DNA from: Lophium mytilinum
Taxonomy: Eukaryota
DNA: 64,000 bases
Reading direction: 5' to 3'
Assembly: GCA_010093605.1 (NCBI GenBank)
Contig: MU004199.1
Location: forward strand, 186,001-250,000
Within the stretch, counting starts at the first letter, position 1; the number at the start of each line of letters is the position of its first letter. The notes below the pieces were generated by a model. It was not told the origin of the DNA. It was given only the letters and a program-made list of their open reading frames with translations, and made no database searches. Below, piece by piece: positions 49,918 to 63,390 of this stretch. Made by a program: the position numbers and the translations under genes.

Positions 49918-51345
49918 GATACCACTGGTTGGATGTTGGTATGTGGTAGGGTGGCGGGTCTGGTGAGTGTTCAGCTTTTCGGGGCAATAGCAAGGGTACG
50001 AAAGCGTTTGTGGGGAGCAGGACTGGGAGCGACGAGAGGGTGGTCTTTATGGGTACGAGTTTGGGGCTGTTGGGTTGTTGGCTTTGTGGGGTTTTGTTCG
50101 CGAGCGTTCCACGGCGATGATGGAATGGCCTGGTTAGTTTGAAGGTTGTGAAAGCTTGAAAGAGGTTACTTCTTTGGTGTTCTAGGTGGAGCCATCGATA
50201 TCTTCAGATGAGGGAGGGCGGCTGGAGCGGATCTTCACGTCAACGTCAGTCCTACATACCACGATCTATGTGACTTCTCACGACTATTACTGAGAGATCC
50301 AAGCTACTCAGCATACCTTGTCACCACCAGAACCCCGTATCGAGACGAACTGCGTCCATCAGGGTCAGGAATCTCCTTCTTTCTTCTTCTCGACCTTCTA
50401 GATCTCTTTGATCAACAACTACGGCGCTAAGTGACAAAGCGGCTAGAAAACTAACTACGAGCTTCTTTCCTACAAACATTCAGTGGACATTTAGTAGCAA
50501 CCAGCTCTATACTACGATTCTGAATTATCCCATCAAGTTTAGAAGGTTCCGGGTATTTTCTGCTCATCATGAAAGAGTAGCAAATGTCTCACTAGGTAAA
50601 AGAATGGAGAACGAAGCGATTTCTGTTTCTATGAGGCTTCTTCGATCCGATTCCGTGAGTTGTGGGCCTGCGCTTGTTCGTGAACAGGAGAGGCAAACGT
50701 CTGCGTCTTGAGGAGGGAGCGGGGATGAAGGCTTATCCAGCGTGGTTACTAAACCGGCGGCCGGCTCAACTAGGTAGCAGTTTAATTAGGTTGTTATATA
50801 TAGAATAAAGATTAATAGATTAGATTAATTAGATTTTTAGATTAAACTATTTAAGCTAGATTATTATAACAGCGCTTAGCCTATATAAGTAAGATATAAT
50901 ATTAGTAGGTTAGCGCGCCCTAATAATAGATACCTAGCCTTATTTACTATAGCCCTGGCCCCCTTTTAGTATAATATAATAATAAGATAGGCTAAAATAG
51001 ATAATAAGAGTTAACTACTAGAGGTTAAATTATATCTAACGCGATTTTTTAAGTCTTCTACGCCTTTAGATTCTTACTACTATAGTACTCTTATATTATA
51101 CTAACTAATTTTATCTACTACTAATTAAACTAATTAGATTAATCTACGCTTAAAACTTTATTAGCTATAGAATTAATCTAATTAGACTAAGTATAAGTAA
51201 TATTAATAAACCATCTATTAATCTAATTAAGGATTAGCCGGTTTACTAACTACGCTAGGCTTATTCTAGCTATAATATTTATTATCTTATACCTAGTAAT
51301 ACTAATATTATATAAAGGTAATATTAAGAATCTCTAGGTATTATA

Positions 51346-51546
51346 TATTATAGCTATATATTTTATACTATAATATATAACTAGGGTTACGTAATAAAGG
51401 CTCTATAGAATAGGTAAATATTACTCTACTCTTTAGGTTATTATAATATCTACTCTAGAAACCTCTTTCTCTCTTATATTTATCTTTTATTAATATTAAT
51501 ACTATTTAATCTAATAATTCTAATATTCTAACCTTAAGCCCTAATA
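51346..51546 (+). repeat. 5' LTR (heavily RIP-mutated)
   Basis: Collinear with 59806-60006; the differences seen are C>T and G>A transitions. Confidence 0.93.
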
Positions 51547-54500
51547 TAAGATAAATACCCTTCTAGCTTCTAGAAGTAATAGAAGTAACCTCTAGAAAAT
51601 TTTCTATAATAGAGTATACTTTTATAATAAGCTATAGTATACTTATATCTTTCTATATAGTAACTATTAGTAGAGTTACGGACCTTTAATAAAGACTATA
51701 CTAATATAGTATTCTATTAGTAGTACCGCGGGCCTCTAATAAAGTAATTTAACTATTATACGTAATATTAGATAATAAACCTTATAACTATAGTAGATGC
51801 TCTATAATAAGCCCCTATAATAAAGGGGTAGTAGTAGTACTCTAGAAAGTCTCTACTAATATATTAATTACTTTAATAGCTCTATAACTTCTCTCTTTAT
51901 CTATTTTTTACTATCGCTGTATAGAGACTAACGCCCGGAAAGCTTAGTATTAATAATAGCGCGTGCTTACGCCTAGTATTACTAATTAATTACTATTACT
52001 ATATAGAGACTAACGCCCGGAAAGCTTAGTATTAATAATAGTAAGCCTGTGTATATACTTAGTATTATAGAATAAAGATCTATAGACTACCTATTTTCTA
52101 TATACTACCTATTTTATAAATAAACTAACTAACCTAATTATTTACTATAGCCCTTAACTAGCCTTTATAACTAAGCGCAACTAGTATACTCCTCTAGAAT
52201 AACTCCGCAACTAACTATAATAGGCGCTAGTTTCTTAAGCCTTTTATGCATCTAGAGTGCGTAGTAAATAATCTAAATTTTATTAATAGTTTATATATAA
52301 ATATAGTAGATTACTCTATAAGCTTTCTCTCTTATATACTAATCTTTCTATACCTTATTATATAGCTAACCCTAACTACTATACTTTTAACTATACTAAA
52401 GCTCTATAGTTTAGCAACTCTATTTTAGGCGGACGCCCTTCTAGTAGATAACCTCTTAGTAATATTAATTATATTCTAATTAATTCTTACTATATTATAT
52501 TATACTAAGATAATAGTTCTTTTAACCTGCGCTACCTTCTCTCTAGAGATAATAATAATTATATAACGTAGATTAATTATAGCCTATAACCTTCTCTTAT
52601 TTAGCTAGTAAATCTACTCTTATAAAGCGCGATCTAGTTATAGTTATAGATATTAGCTACTACTTCTTAATCTACTCTATTTATTAGGCTAATTTCTTCT
52701 ATAATGCCCGCTAAGCTCTAATATTATTAAACTAAGTTTAGTACTATAGGCAAGCCTCTACTAGCTACTCTAGCTCCCCTAGTAGAAACTGCTATAGAAG
52801 AGACTATACTTCTACTCTTCTATATTAGTAGTTATATACTAGATAACTTTAATTTATCTAATAGAATTAAAGATATAACTACCGGCCTTAATAATATAAC
52901 TACCGCCTATAATAAAGACTTCTTCTCTAACTTTAACTTAGCTAATAAATATAATAAATAAGAAGAGGAATATTAGTTTAGTAGTAATATAGATAATAAA
53001 GTTAATAAGCTCTAGATAGCCTATTAAGGTATTAATATTAATATTAATACCCCTAATATAATAGCCTACTATAATACTACCTCTAGGCCTAATTAATAAT
53101 TCTATAATTCTAACTATTTAAGAATAGTACCTTTTTATAGTATACTCTTTTCTAATATATCTTTCTTATAATACTAGTCTACCCGTATTAAGTCTATTAC
53201 TAGATTTAATACCCTAGACCTAGCTTAGTAAGTAGCGGGTATAGAATAGAGTAATAAAACTAAAACTACTATAATATATATTAAGAACTATTAATAATTA
53301 TATTTTATAATTATTTAGTATACTAATAGCTCTATTTTTAAGATACACTATAGAGATAGAGTCTATAAGTAATATAAGCTATAGACCCTATAGAACCTTA
53401 CTAATAATATCTAACTTATACTATAATAGTAGTAGAACTATATTATATCTACTTATATAGAATATAAGAACTATAAGTATAAAATAGACATTACTATATA
53501 AGAGTAAGACGCCGCTAATACTATAGTTATTAGCCTTAATAAAAAATACTTACTTACTAATAGTAAACTCTCTAAGCTTTATATATAAGTTTGCACCCTA
53601 AGTAATATACTAGAAGCTAAGAAGATAAACTTAGTATATATATATTATAGACGTAATAAGAAATATATCTAATTCTAAGCTTAAATAGCTTAGCTTAACT
53701 AGCTAAATATTATATACTAGCGAGCCTTAGATTAAATTACTTAGCTTAAAGCCTAACTTTATTATAATATACTAGTAGAAGGTAACCCGTATATAGACCT
53801 AGATAGATACCTATCTAACTATAACTCTACTAATAATAGCTCTCCCCCTCTACTAAAAGGACTATATATTCTTAACCTAGAGAACTTCTAGCGTAACTAT
53901 ATTCTAGCATAATACTTTACTAGTGCGGAAGGTAGAGAAGAAGGTAATTCTAACTCTAGTAGCTTTACTTAGCTATAAGTTTATAGCCCTATATACTCTT
54001 AATATAGATAATAAGGCCCTTAATCTAAATATATATACCTATAGAACTTTAAATTAGAAGCTAAGGTATACGCGGTATAGAAGAACTATCTACTCTACTT
54101 AGTTTAGGTAGACTAATAGACCTATTCTAATACTATAACCTAAATTTAATTAGTAGTTAGTTATTATAAAGAACGCGTATATAAGGTTATAGAGAACTAT
54201 AGTTTACTTATATCTAGTAATCTATACTAATTACTTAAAGAGCTTATCTAAAACCTAGATACTATATTCTAGAAAAAAGACTCTATCTAATATAACCGCC
54301 TTCTAGATTAACTTAATAGTAAAGGTATAAAATAGCGCCCTAATAAGTATATAGCTAACTTCCTCTAACACATTAATATAGTTCTTAATAGACTTAAGTA
54401 TAATAAGACTAATAATAGACTTATAACCTAATACTATTACCTTAAGAAAATACTACGCATAGACCTTATTAATTAAATTAACTTTAGACTTAAAACCTAG

Positions 54501-57500
54501 TACTAGATAAAGGATAATATTCTCTATAAAGACTAATATCGCCTTTAATATAAGAAGCGCGCTAAAAAGAAGCTTCTTATAGTATAAAGTATAGTATAAT
54601 AATTTAATAATATATATAGAAATAATAGCCGCTATAATTTAAACTATACCCGGCGTAAAGTATCTACTACTAAAACTAATAACTAGATTATAGTTAAGAA
54701 GACTATTATAGTTCTATTACTAAGTATTCTACTATATATTTACATGCGCCTTACTAAAGAAGAGCGTTACTTTAGCTGCTTTAAAAAAAACTACTACGTA
54801 GGTAATCTAGAGTATACTATAGCTAGTAAGACTATATTACAGGCTTAGCGTAATAAATGCTTAGCCGCCGCAGGTATTAATAATATAGAACTTAACGCCT
54901 TTAAGTATAATAGTAATAAAGAGTACTAGTATAAATATAAATATAATAATAAATAGAAATATAATAAGAATAATTATATAGGTTACTCTAATAGCTTAGA
55001 AAAAGCTTAATCTCTAATAAAAGTTATTATTAGAGATAGTTAGAAGATACGCTAGCTTAAGCTCTTATATATATCTAAGAGCTTAAGCTACCCCCTTTAA
55101 AGCCTTCTAATATTAAACTCTCTACTTGCGCTATAGAACTCGCCCTGCTATCTAGTAAATAGATAGACTTTAACTATAAGATTAAAACTTTAACTAGAAT
55201 AGTTAAATCTATTATTCTTATAGACTTTAAATGCGGAGGTTTTATATTTATATCTACTAGCTTTACTAAGTACTATAAGCTTAATATCTATAAGGCTACT
55301 CTATAGAATATTAAGCTACTAAATAGATCTATATCTATTATTAATAAAGTAGCTAAGGTTACTATATAAATTAAAGGTTACTATAATAAATTCTAGGCCC
55401 TAATCTATAACCTTAAAGGCTATAATATTATTCTTAGTATAGGCTAGCTTATTATGTATAACGCCTATATAAAATTTAGCACGCGTATAATATAACTAGA
55501 TTCTAACTATTACTACTCTTAATACTTTATTAACTATAAGCTAGTTTATATTTAGTCTAAAGACCCTATTACCTATACTAGTAAATGCCTATTCTAGTAG
55601 AAGCTTAACGCCTAGCTTACTACTTTTAAGGCGCTTAATATTAGCGTAATATCTAGTAATAAGTACCTATATAACGCCTAGTAATTACTAGAGAAAGATA
55701 CTATCTATATATAGCCTAAATACTTTAAACTAGCGCTTATAGATAAGAAAGTAGAAGTCTAAGTATATACTTAAGAATAGTTATATAGCTATAACCTTAT
55801 TATAGGCCTAGCTAATTTTACTACTAATCTAGCTGCAATTAGCCTCTATACAATATCTAAAGATAACTAGCGGAAGTTCTTTAAGAAAATAGAGCGTAAG
55901 CTAATAACGCGTAATAAACTTAAAGTACTAGTACCTATAGAATACTAGGGCTTTCTTAATATATAGAACCTAAAGAAAGTAAATAAGCTTCTACTATATT
56001 ATAAAGTAAAGAATAGTATAGATATTAACTACTATATAAATATTAAGCTAGAAACTAAGGCACTAGCCTATAAAGTTTATAGACTTTTATAAGATAAGAC
56101 TCTAGTTATTAAAATATTTATTAATAAGATATATAGTAAGAGCTATATTAGAAAAAGTAATAGTTAATATATAGCCTCTATTATTATTATCTATAAGCTA
56201 GGTAGAGGCCTACGCATCTATATTAATTATTAAGGCCTTAACGCGGTTATAATTAAGGCCTATAATATTTCTCTAGCTATAAAGAATACTTTAGTATTAC
56301 TTAAGAATGCTTAGTACTATACTAAGTTTAATATTATTACTGCCTTTAACGCTATTTAAATGCAAGAGGGCAATAAAAAGTATACTATGTTTCTTATAAG
56401 GTATAGCCTATTTAAATTTATAGTCCTCCCCTTTAGCTTATATAATACCCCGGCTATATTCTAAGCCTTTATTAATAATATTCTTTTAGAATACCTAGAT
56501 AATTTCTATATAGCCTATCTTAATAACATTCTTATTTTTAGTAAAACGCTTAAAGAATATATTAGTTATATTAAGAAGATTCTCTAGCGGCTTTATAAAG
56601 CCGGCCTCTTTCTTAATATTACTAAATATAAATTCTATAAATAAGAGGTTAAATACTTAGGCATTATTATTAGTGTTAACAGCCTTAAAATAGATCTAGC
56701 TAAAGTTAAAATAGTTATTAACTAGCCCTAACTATAGAACCTGCGGGATATATAAGTATTTCTAGGTTTCTATAACTTCTATAGATATTTTATTATAGCT
56801 TACTTAAATATTATAGGTTCTCTTACTAGGCTTACTAAGGTAGAAGTTTATAAATAGTTTACTTTTCTATAGTAAGAAGATAGTTTAGAGGACTTCTCTT
56901 TTAAATAAATAAAATAAGCATTTATTAACGCGCCTTAGATAGTATACTTTAACCTAGATCTAGAAATATAGGTAGAATATAACGCATTTAATACTATTAT
57001 AGCTACTATACTATCTTAAATATAAACTAATAGTATACTTTACCCTATTACTTTTATATTATATTAAATAAGCTTAGCCTAGCTTAACTATTAGATCTAT
57101 AATAAGAAACTACTAGTAATTATCCGCGCTTTTAAGAAATAGCGTACTAAACTTACTAGTTATAGATATAGTAACCTAATTAAGATTCTTTTAGACTACT
57201 AGACTCTATAGTATTTTATAGAAACTAAGTAGCTTAATTAAAGATAAGCTAGATAGGCTAAGTTTCTATCTAAATTTAACTTCTAGATTACCTATAGGCT
57301 AGGTAAGGATAATAGTAAGGCTAATTTACTAACTAGGCGTCTAGGTAATATACTAGATTAGAATAATAAACGCTATAAAATCTAATAGTAAACTATTTTA
57401 AAAGACTATAATCTTAAACTAGAAATACGCTACGCTATTAAACTAGTAAATATTATAATAGACGGCGTTACCTATAATATAGTTTCTCTTATAGTAATAA

Positions 57501-59479
57501 TATATAACCTTAGTAAAGTAAAACTTAATTAAGAGAAGTCTTAGAGTAACCTTAATAAAGAACTATAGAAGCTACTAAGGTAGAGGAAGTTATAGAGTAA
57601 CCCTACTAAAGGTATAGTAGAGTAAAATATTATAGATTATATATAAAAAGTACTTATTAATAATGCTATTAGTAATACTATTAAGAATACTATTAGAGCG
57701 AGACTACGCCGTCTACTAATAGATATTATTAAGAACTATAGCATTAAACTTAAACTCTATAACTATATAATTTATAATAGCCTAATTTTTATTTAAAAGA
57801 ACTATCTATATATACCTACTAAGAAGAAACTTTAAATAGCTATTATTAAGAGCCTTTATAAGCCCCCTCTAGTTAGCTATAGTAGAATAATATCTATATA
57901 TAATTATATTTTAATATACTACTTCTAGCTATAGATAACTTATAATATTAATTAATATATTAAGGCTTACTACCTATATAACCGCATTAAGTACGCTTAT
58001 AATATAAAGTAAGGCTTTCTTAAGCTACTACCTATTCTAGATTAATACTAGATAGACCTTATAGTAGACTTTATTAGACCTCTCCCTATATACTTCTAAT
58101 TTAAAAGAGACTATAGATATATTATAGTAGTAGTTAATAGATTCTCTAAGATGCGTAAATTTATTTCTATAATAATAACTAATATAGAGGAAGTTATCTA
58201 AGCCTTTCTAGAATAGATCTAGCGTATAGAAGGATATCCGGAATTAATTATATCTAATTAAGGCTCTTAATTTATTTTAACCTTTTAGTCTTACCTATAT
58301 AAACGCGTTAGTACTAAGCTAAAGCTATCTACTACTTTTTATTCTAAGATAGATAGATAAACTAAAATTACTAATATAGGCTTAAAATAGTTTCTTAAAG
58401 TATATATTAATTATTAATAAGATAACTAGGCTAATTACCTTACTATTACTAAATTTAAGGCTAATTCTATAAAGAATATCTCTACTAGAGTAGCTTTCTT
58501 TATAGCTACTAAAGGCTATATTTCTAGCGCAGGCACTATACTAGCTATATAACTACTACCTAATATAAATATACTAATAATTTAGCTTATAGAATAAGTA
58601 GATAGACTTATAGATAGGCTTAATAAGCTATATACCTTTCTCTATTAAGAAATTAAATAGTTCTAAGCTAAGTAAAAGAAATATACTAACGCTAGATAAT
58701 AACTAGCTTATATATACTATCTAGGTAATATAGTTATACTTAACACACGCTATATTAAGATAACTCGCCTAAATAAAAAGCTTAACTTTAAAAAGCTTAG
58801 TTCTTTTAAGATTCTATAAAGCTATAAAAATAGTAGTATATATAAGCTTAAACTACCTAAAGGTATAGAAAATCTATACTCTATCTTCTATTCTTAGCTA
58901 CTCTACCCGGCTATCGCTATCTCTATAAAAGAATAGTATAATTCTAAGCCCCCGCCTATATAAATAATGCTAATATATTAGAAAGGTAATACTAAAGAGG
59001 TTATTAACTACTATCTTAATAGAAGATAACTTAATCTAGCTATAGGTAAAAGAGGTATACTCTAGTATAAGATTAAGCTTATTAGCTATAATAAGCTCTA
59101 ATAGAATAACTATAAATACGCTAATAGCTATCCCCGCCTTATTATAGACTTTTACTACTACTATCTATACCCTAAGAAACTAAAACCTTATTTATTATTT
59201 AAACTACTATTAGACTAGAAACTAACCTTAGCTACTATTCTTACTATAATAGACCTCTATATAACTAATACTATAGAAGCTATATAATTTAATTACTAAA
59301 CTAGCGGTTAAATTAATTTATTAAGAAGGCCTAACTATAAATATATATAATAATTAATATAATATAATAGTATAGATTATTATAAGTACCTAGTAGTAGA
59401 GTAGTAGCTATAATAGCTATATAGCTCCTTATAGCTCTATTATAGCCGGCCCTAGTTTAAATAAATAATTATTATAAGG

Positions 59480-59572
59480 TAATATATAGTAATACTACTT
59501 ATAGTAATACTATATATAGTAATACTACGTATAGTAATACTATATATAGTAATACTACGCGTAATAATACTA
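59480..59572. repeat. ~15-bp tandem repeat (tatagtaatactaNN) in the retroelement 3' region
   Basis: agtaatacta occurs about five times in succession. Confidence 0.7.
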
Positions 59573-59805
59573 CTAAGCTTATAATAGAAAGACTATACTA
59601 AATAGTAGAGCTATAGAAAACTATATAAAAATAGAAAGAATAAGTAATTTTCTATAAATTAATTTATTTTCTTTATTTACTTATAATTATAGTATAATCT
59701 AGCATTCTATTTAATAGATATTTAAGTAACTATAGATACTCTAGTATAGAAAGAACTCTCTCTTATAAAAGCTTTAATGGGGGGCTTCTTTAGAGGGGGG
59801 AGACG

Positions 59806-60006
59806 TGTTATAGCTATATGTTTTGCACTATAACACGTGACCAGGGTCACGTGATGGAGGCTCTGCGGAACGGGCGAACGTTGCTCCGCCCTTTGGGTTA
59901 TTATAACGTCCACCCTAGGAACCTCTTTCTCTCTTGTATTTATCTTTTGTTAATATCAATACTATTCAATCCAACGATTCCAACGTTCCAACCTTGAGCC
60001 CTGACA
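59806..60006 (+). repeat. 3' LTR (largely un-RIPed, TG...CA ends)
   Basis: Begins TGTTATAGC, ends GCCCTGACA, and is preceded by the polypurine tract. Confidence 0.93.
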
Positions 60007-61642
60007 TTGCGGAGAGAATAGTTGCATGGTGTAGCTTGACAGTTTTCTTGATCGACGCTTGGGTTCAGTCTTATGAAGATCTGATTTCCGAGAACGGATT
60101 CTCACTCTCGTTGGAGCTAGAATAATACTATGTGGTCAGAACCTTCACCGTTAATGAACTAATATCCGACATGGCGTCGAACAGGTCCGTTCCGCTATTA
60201 AATCTGCCTCAGGGCCACCGACCTTCAATAGCGCCGTTCCTATTTCCCTCAGTGGGCAAACTACCTTTTCAACCAGCCACTCCTTCTCGTCTCTCAGCCT
60301 ACCATCAGAGCCACCAGCATCACGCGCAGAGGACCGCACTACAAAGCTTGGGCTTACATACACCTTCCCGTACTCTCCAGATCCCCGCTATATCACACTG
60401 GCTCGCACACTCGCAACACCTCGTTCAAGGACGGGCAGCTTCGCCGCAGCCTCTCTACCAGCTTCAGTACGCTCAAGTTTCCGAAATAAAAATGTCTGAC
60501 GTCGACCTGTCTACCCGCTCAGCATGCTCCGCTTCACAGTTCGCGATCCGGAAGACTATAAATATTGGAAAGCGCGTTACTATCCGCACGACACAAGGGG
60601 TCATCGACCATCTTCCTCCACCCAGTGAGTGTGTCGATGGGCCTGAACTCCAGCGCTTGGGGTATTAGGATGGAGCTCGCTATGATGTCAAACTCACGGC
60701 CCCCTGGTTATGGTCAAAATTGGCTGTACTTTGCGAACATGGAAGTTACTTGGCACTATTTCGAGGCAATAGCTAATGGATTGTCATAGTTACGCCTAGC
60801 CCAGGAGTCCTATACACGGCTCTATAAGAACCGCCATATTAAGCATGTGAGTGCTGCTGGCTGGAGTTAGCAAGGAAATTCAGCGCCTGGTCAAACGGCC
60901 GCTGGCTAACTCCGTTCACTGTCCTGTTTGCCTGCTTATATGACTCCTGCGCAGAAACTCGTTTACGACTAGGCGTGAGAGAAAGGGCCTACATAAGGGA
61001 TATGACTGCCGCAACCCTGAGAGGGCTTTCATCGTTGATGAAGCGTTTTAAAGGGTCGTCGGGTGGTAGGAGAGGGACGAGTCTTGGAGAGGCAAGTTGG
61101 GACGGTCAGTCTATGAAGCTAGGTTCTTTATGTGGCAGAAAGTTGAAGTGGGGTAAGTGTGAGAACAATGATGTTCGACAAGCTTCTGATGGGGTTTCTA
61201 CGCTTAGTTGAGTCGATTTAGAATGTAGTAAGAGTTTGGATGTCGAGGAATTATATCCCTTCTTACAGTCAAATCAAAATCGTACTCGTTCAATATATCT
61301 TGGATCCGGGTTTTAACTCGAATTCGTCTATTACTCATTGATCTATTCCATTGATTCGCTTAATTCGCATCCGAACCGGTAGCCCCTTGCCACAAGTTCA
61401 ACTCTCAAGTTGACTTACGGAATTCAACACCGTAGAAGTCAACCTCCGTCTTGCCCAACCAACCCCCTCCCACTCAAGCCATCCAGACAGTGTTATCAAG
61501 AGAGCATGACTAGAGTATAGGTAGTGATTTATCCACCACCCTACTCATCCACCAACACTGCCATACCCGGCCCACACCCTCCCCCCTCCCGATGCCCCCT
61601 CAACTGCGACGCAAACTGAAACCGCTCCCCGCACCCCGCGCA

Positions 61643-62626
61643 CTAATTCGGCTTATACCGCGCCTCTTTGAACTGCTCCGTCGTGCCCGCCGGATCCGTG
61701 CACCGGTTCTTCGCCTTGTTGACGTGGTAGTGCAGGCCATCCTTCCCCGTATAGGTCTTGCCGCAGTTAGGGCAGGCGTGGAGAAGCGTGCCCTCTTGGC
61801 TGTTCGTCGGCGTTGGAACGGTTGTGGATGTCTGACAGGGCGGAATGGTGGGGCGAGTGCTAGACGCTGGCGGAGGCAATGATGCACGGGGTGGAAAGAC
61901 TGGGGCTGCGTAGGTAGGGGTGTGAAAGGATTGGGGGAGCGGCACAGGCGCGCGTCGAGGGTAGGGCAGCTGGGGTGGGTAGACAGGGCCGTTGTAGGGG
62001 GCGTGGTGGGAGATTGGAAGTCTACCAGGCTCTGCCGCTGGTGCTGATTGGAAAGATGGTGTGGAGGATGTGGAGGGCCGAGGGGTGAGGATTGCGTAGC
62101 CTGGCGGAAAGTAGCCATGGTCAAGGGAACGGAATGAGTTGCTGTTCGTGGATGGGTGGAATGATGGGCTTATGAGGTTCGAAGGAACGCCTCTATAGTG
62201 TTGAAAGGTTGGACGGCGACGTGTAGAGGAGGCGATTGGTGAAGACGTGAAGTTACCCACACCCAGTCTATGAGGCTGACGGTGTACGACCGGGTCTCCA
62301 AGCAATAGAAGGCCCTCGGCGGCTTCAAGCTCTGCGGAAGTGTGTGATGCTGAGGCGGGGGCGTCGGCGCTGCCCTCATCGACAATAGCGTTTTGAACCG
62401 TGCGGCCATTGTTACCATTCTTCGGCGCAGTGTTGCGAATGGAGTCTGTGCTAACGATGTTCGGGTTCCTGGACGCTAAGAAGTGCTTTTCTTTTGCCTG
62501 GCGGGTATCGACCCTTGCGCGCTCTAAAGTCGACAGAGAGCACCGGCCTTCCTTCCCATGGAGGCGGTGGTCTTCATCTGTCATGCAAAGACCGAACATC
62601 TGGTAGCCTGTGGAGTAGTCGTCCAT
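61643..62626 (-). CDS. Pro-rich protein with a C-terminal C2H2-like zinc finger
   Basis: HACPNCGKTYTGKDGLHYHV; LEAAEGLLLL motif; first plausible ATG at 62626. Confidence 0.7.
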   Translation of the reverse strand: MDDYSTGYQMFGLCMTDEDHRLHGKEGRCSLSTLERARVDTRQAKEKHFLASRNPNIVSTDSIRNTAPKNGNNGRTVQNAIVDEGSADAPASASHTSAELEAAEGLLLLGDPVVHRQPHRLGVGNFTSSPIASSTRRRPTFQHYRGVPSNLISPSFHPSTNSNSFRSLDHGYFPPGYAILTPRPSTSSTPSFQSAPAAEPGRLPISHHAPYNGPVYPPQLPYPRRAPVPLPQSFHTPTYAAPVFPPRASLPPPASSTRPTIPPCQTSTTVPTPTNSQEGTLLHACPNCGKTYTGKDGLHYHVNKAKNRCTDPAGTTEQFKEARYKPN

Positions 62627-63257
62627 TTGGTGGGGTTGTTGTGGTGGATTCTGCTCTTGCGGGTTGTGGAGTAACGGTTGGTTGAGGAGCGGATGATGTG
62701 AGTGCTTGACTGTAGTTGTAGAAGGAGCCAGAGTAGATGTACGAAAGCGAAGGAGGCTTGACGACCACGAGATCTGGTGGTTGGAGAGTCGGTAGGTGTT
62801 TGGGGGTGGAGTGAAGTGGAGGAGCAAGTGCGAGGAAGGAGAAGGTTTTTATGCCCCGAAGAGAGGTTGAGGTCGGTGAACTGGGGAGGAAGTGCTCGAT
62901 CGCGGCGCATTCATGTCGTTCAGCCATGGTGAATTGCTCTTGAAGTTGCAGAAAGAGTAAGAAAACTGTTCCTGAGAATCACTGGAAGATTCAGAGCACG
63001 TTCAGCATAATGAGTAAGTGAATGTTTTGGAAGTCCCCTCCTCGTGTAGACCAAAGGAAGTGTTTCTGCCACCAGTAGAGGCGCGCTTGGGCTGCTATTA
63101 CGAGCTCAAGAGCTCAAGACACGACGTGAAGGCCAGATGTCGGGCAACAGGCTATCTCTCAGCTTCCAGGCAGCTCTTGAGTTCTCCTTGCCGAAGTTCT
63201 CGCGGTCCGTAAGCCTAATGTTGTGACAACCGCGCACTGACCCGCCCTGTCTAAGGG

Positions 63258-63265
63258 TATATATT
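63258..63265 (+). promoter_or_regulatory. TATA box of the U6-like gene
   Basis: TATATATT about 30 bp upstream of the predicted +1 G at 63288. Confidence 0.6.
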
Positions 63266-63287
63266 TCCAACAAATGTAACGCACTTC

Positions 63288-63390
63288 GTCTTCGGGCATT
63301 TGGTTAATTTGGAACGATAGAGAGAAAATCAGCATGGCCCCTGCACTAAGGATGACACGCGTCGGTTAAGGGTAGCTCCAAATTTTTTTT
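63288..63390 (+). ncRNA. U6: U6 spliceosomal snRNA, variant or pseudogene copy
   Basis: 5' GTC-TTCG-GGC hairpin; AGCATGGCCCCTGCACTAAGGATGACACGC (AGC triad plus ISL); T8 terminator; ACAGAGA reads AGAGAGA. Confidence 0.9.

Larger units (their letters stand above)
51346..60006 (+). mobile_element. Full-length Gypsy/Ty3 LTR retrotransposon inactivated by RIP
   Basis: 201-bp LTRs; polypurine tract AGAGGGGGGAGAC before the 3' LTR; TSD TTATA/TTGCG. De-RIPed motifs: gag Zn knuckle ~54770; RT GGGLRICIDY ~56201, FGLCNAPATFQ ~56430, YLDDILIF ~56516; RNase H followed by integrase. Very TpA-rich. Confidence 0.95.

Noticed and set aside
50200..50760. Coding-like minus-strand fragment (VDQRDLEGREEERRRFLTLMDAVRLDTGFWW*), possibly a gene disrupted by the retroelement
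   Set aside because: Too short and unassignable; no gene model could be built.
60492..60790. Possible small spliced gene (MSDVDLSTRS...)
   Set aside because: No recognisable domain and uncertain splice structure.
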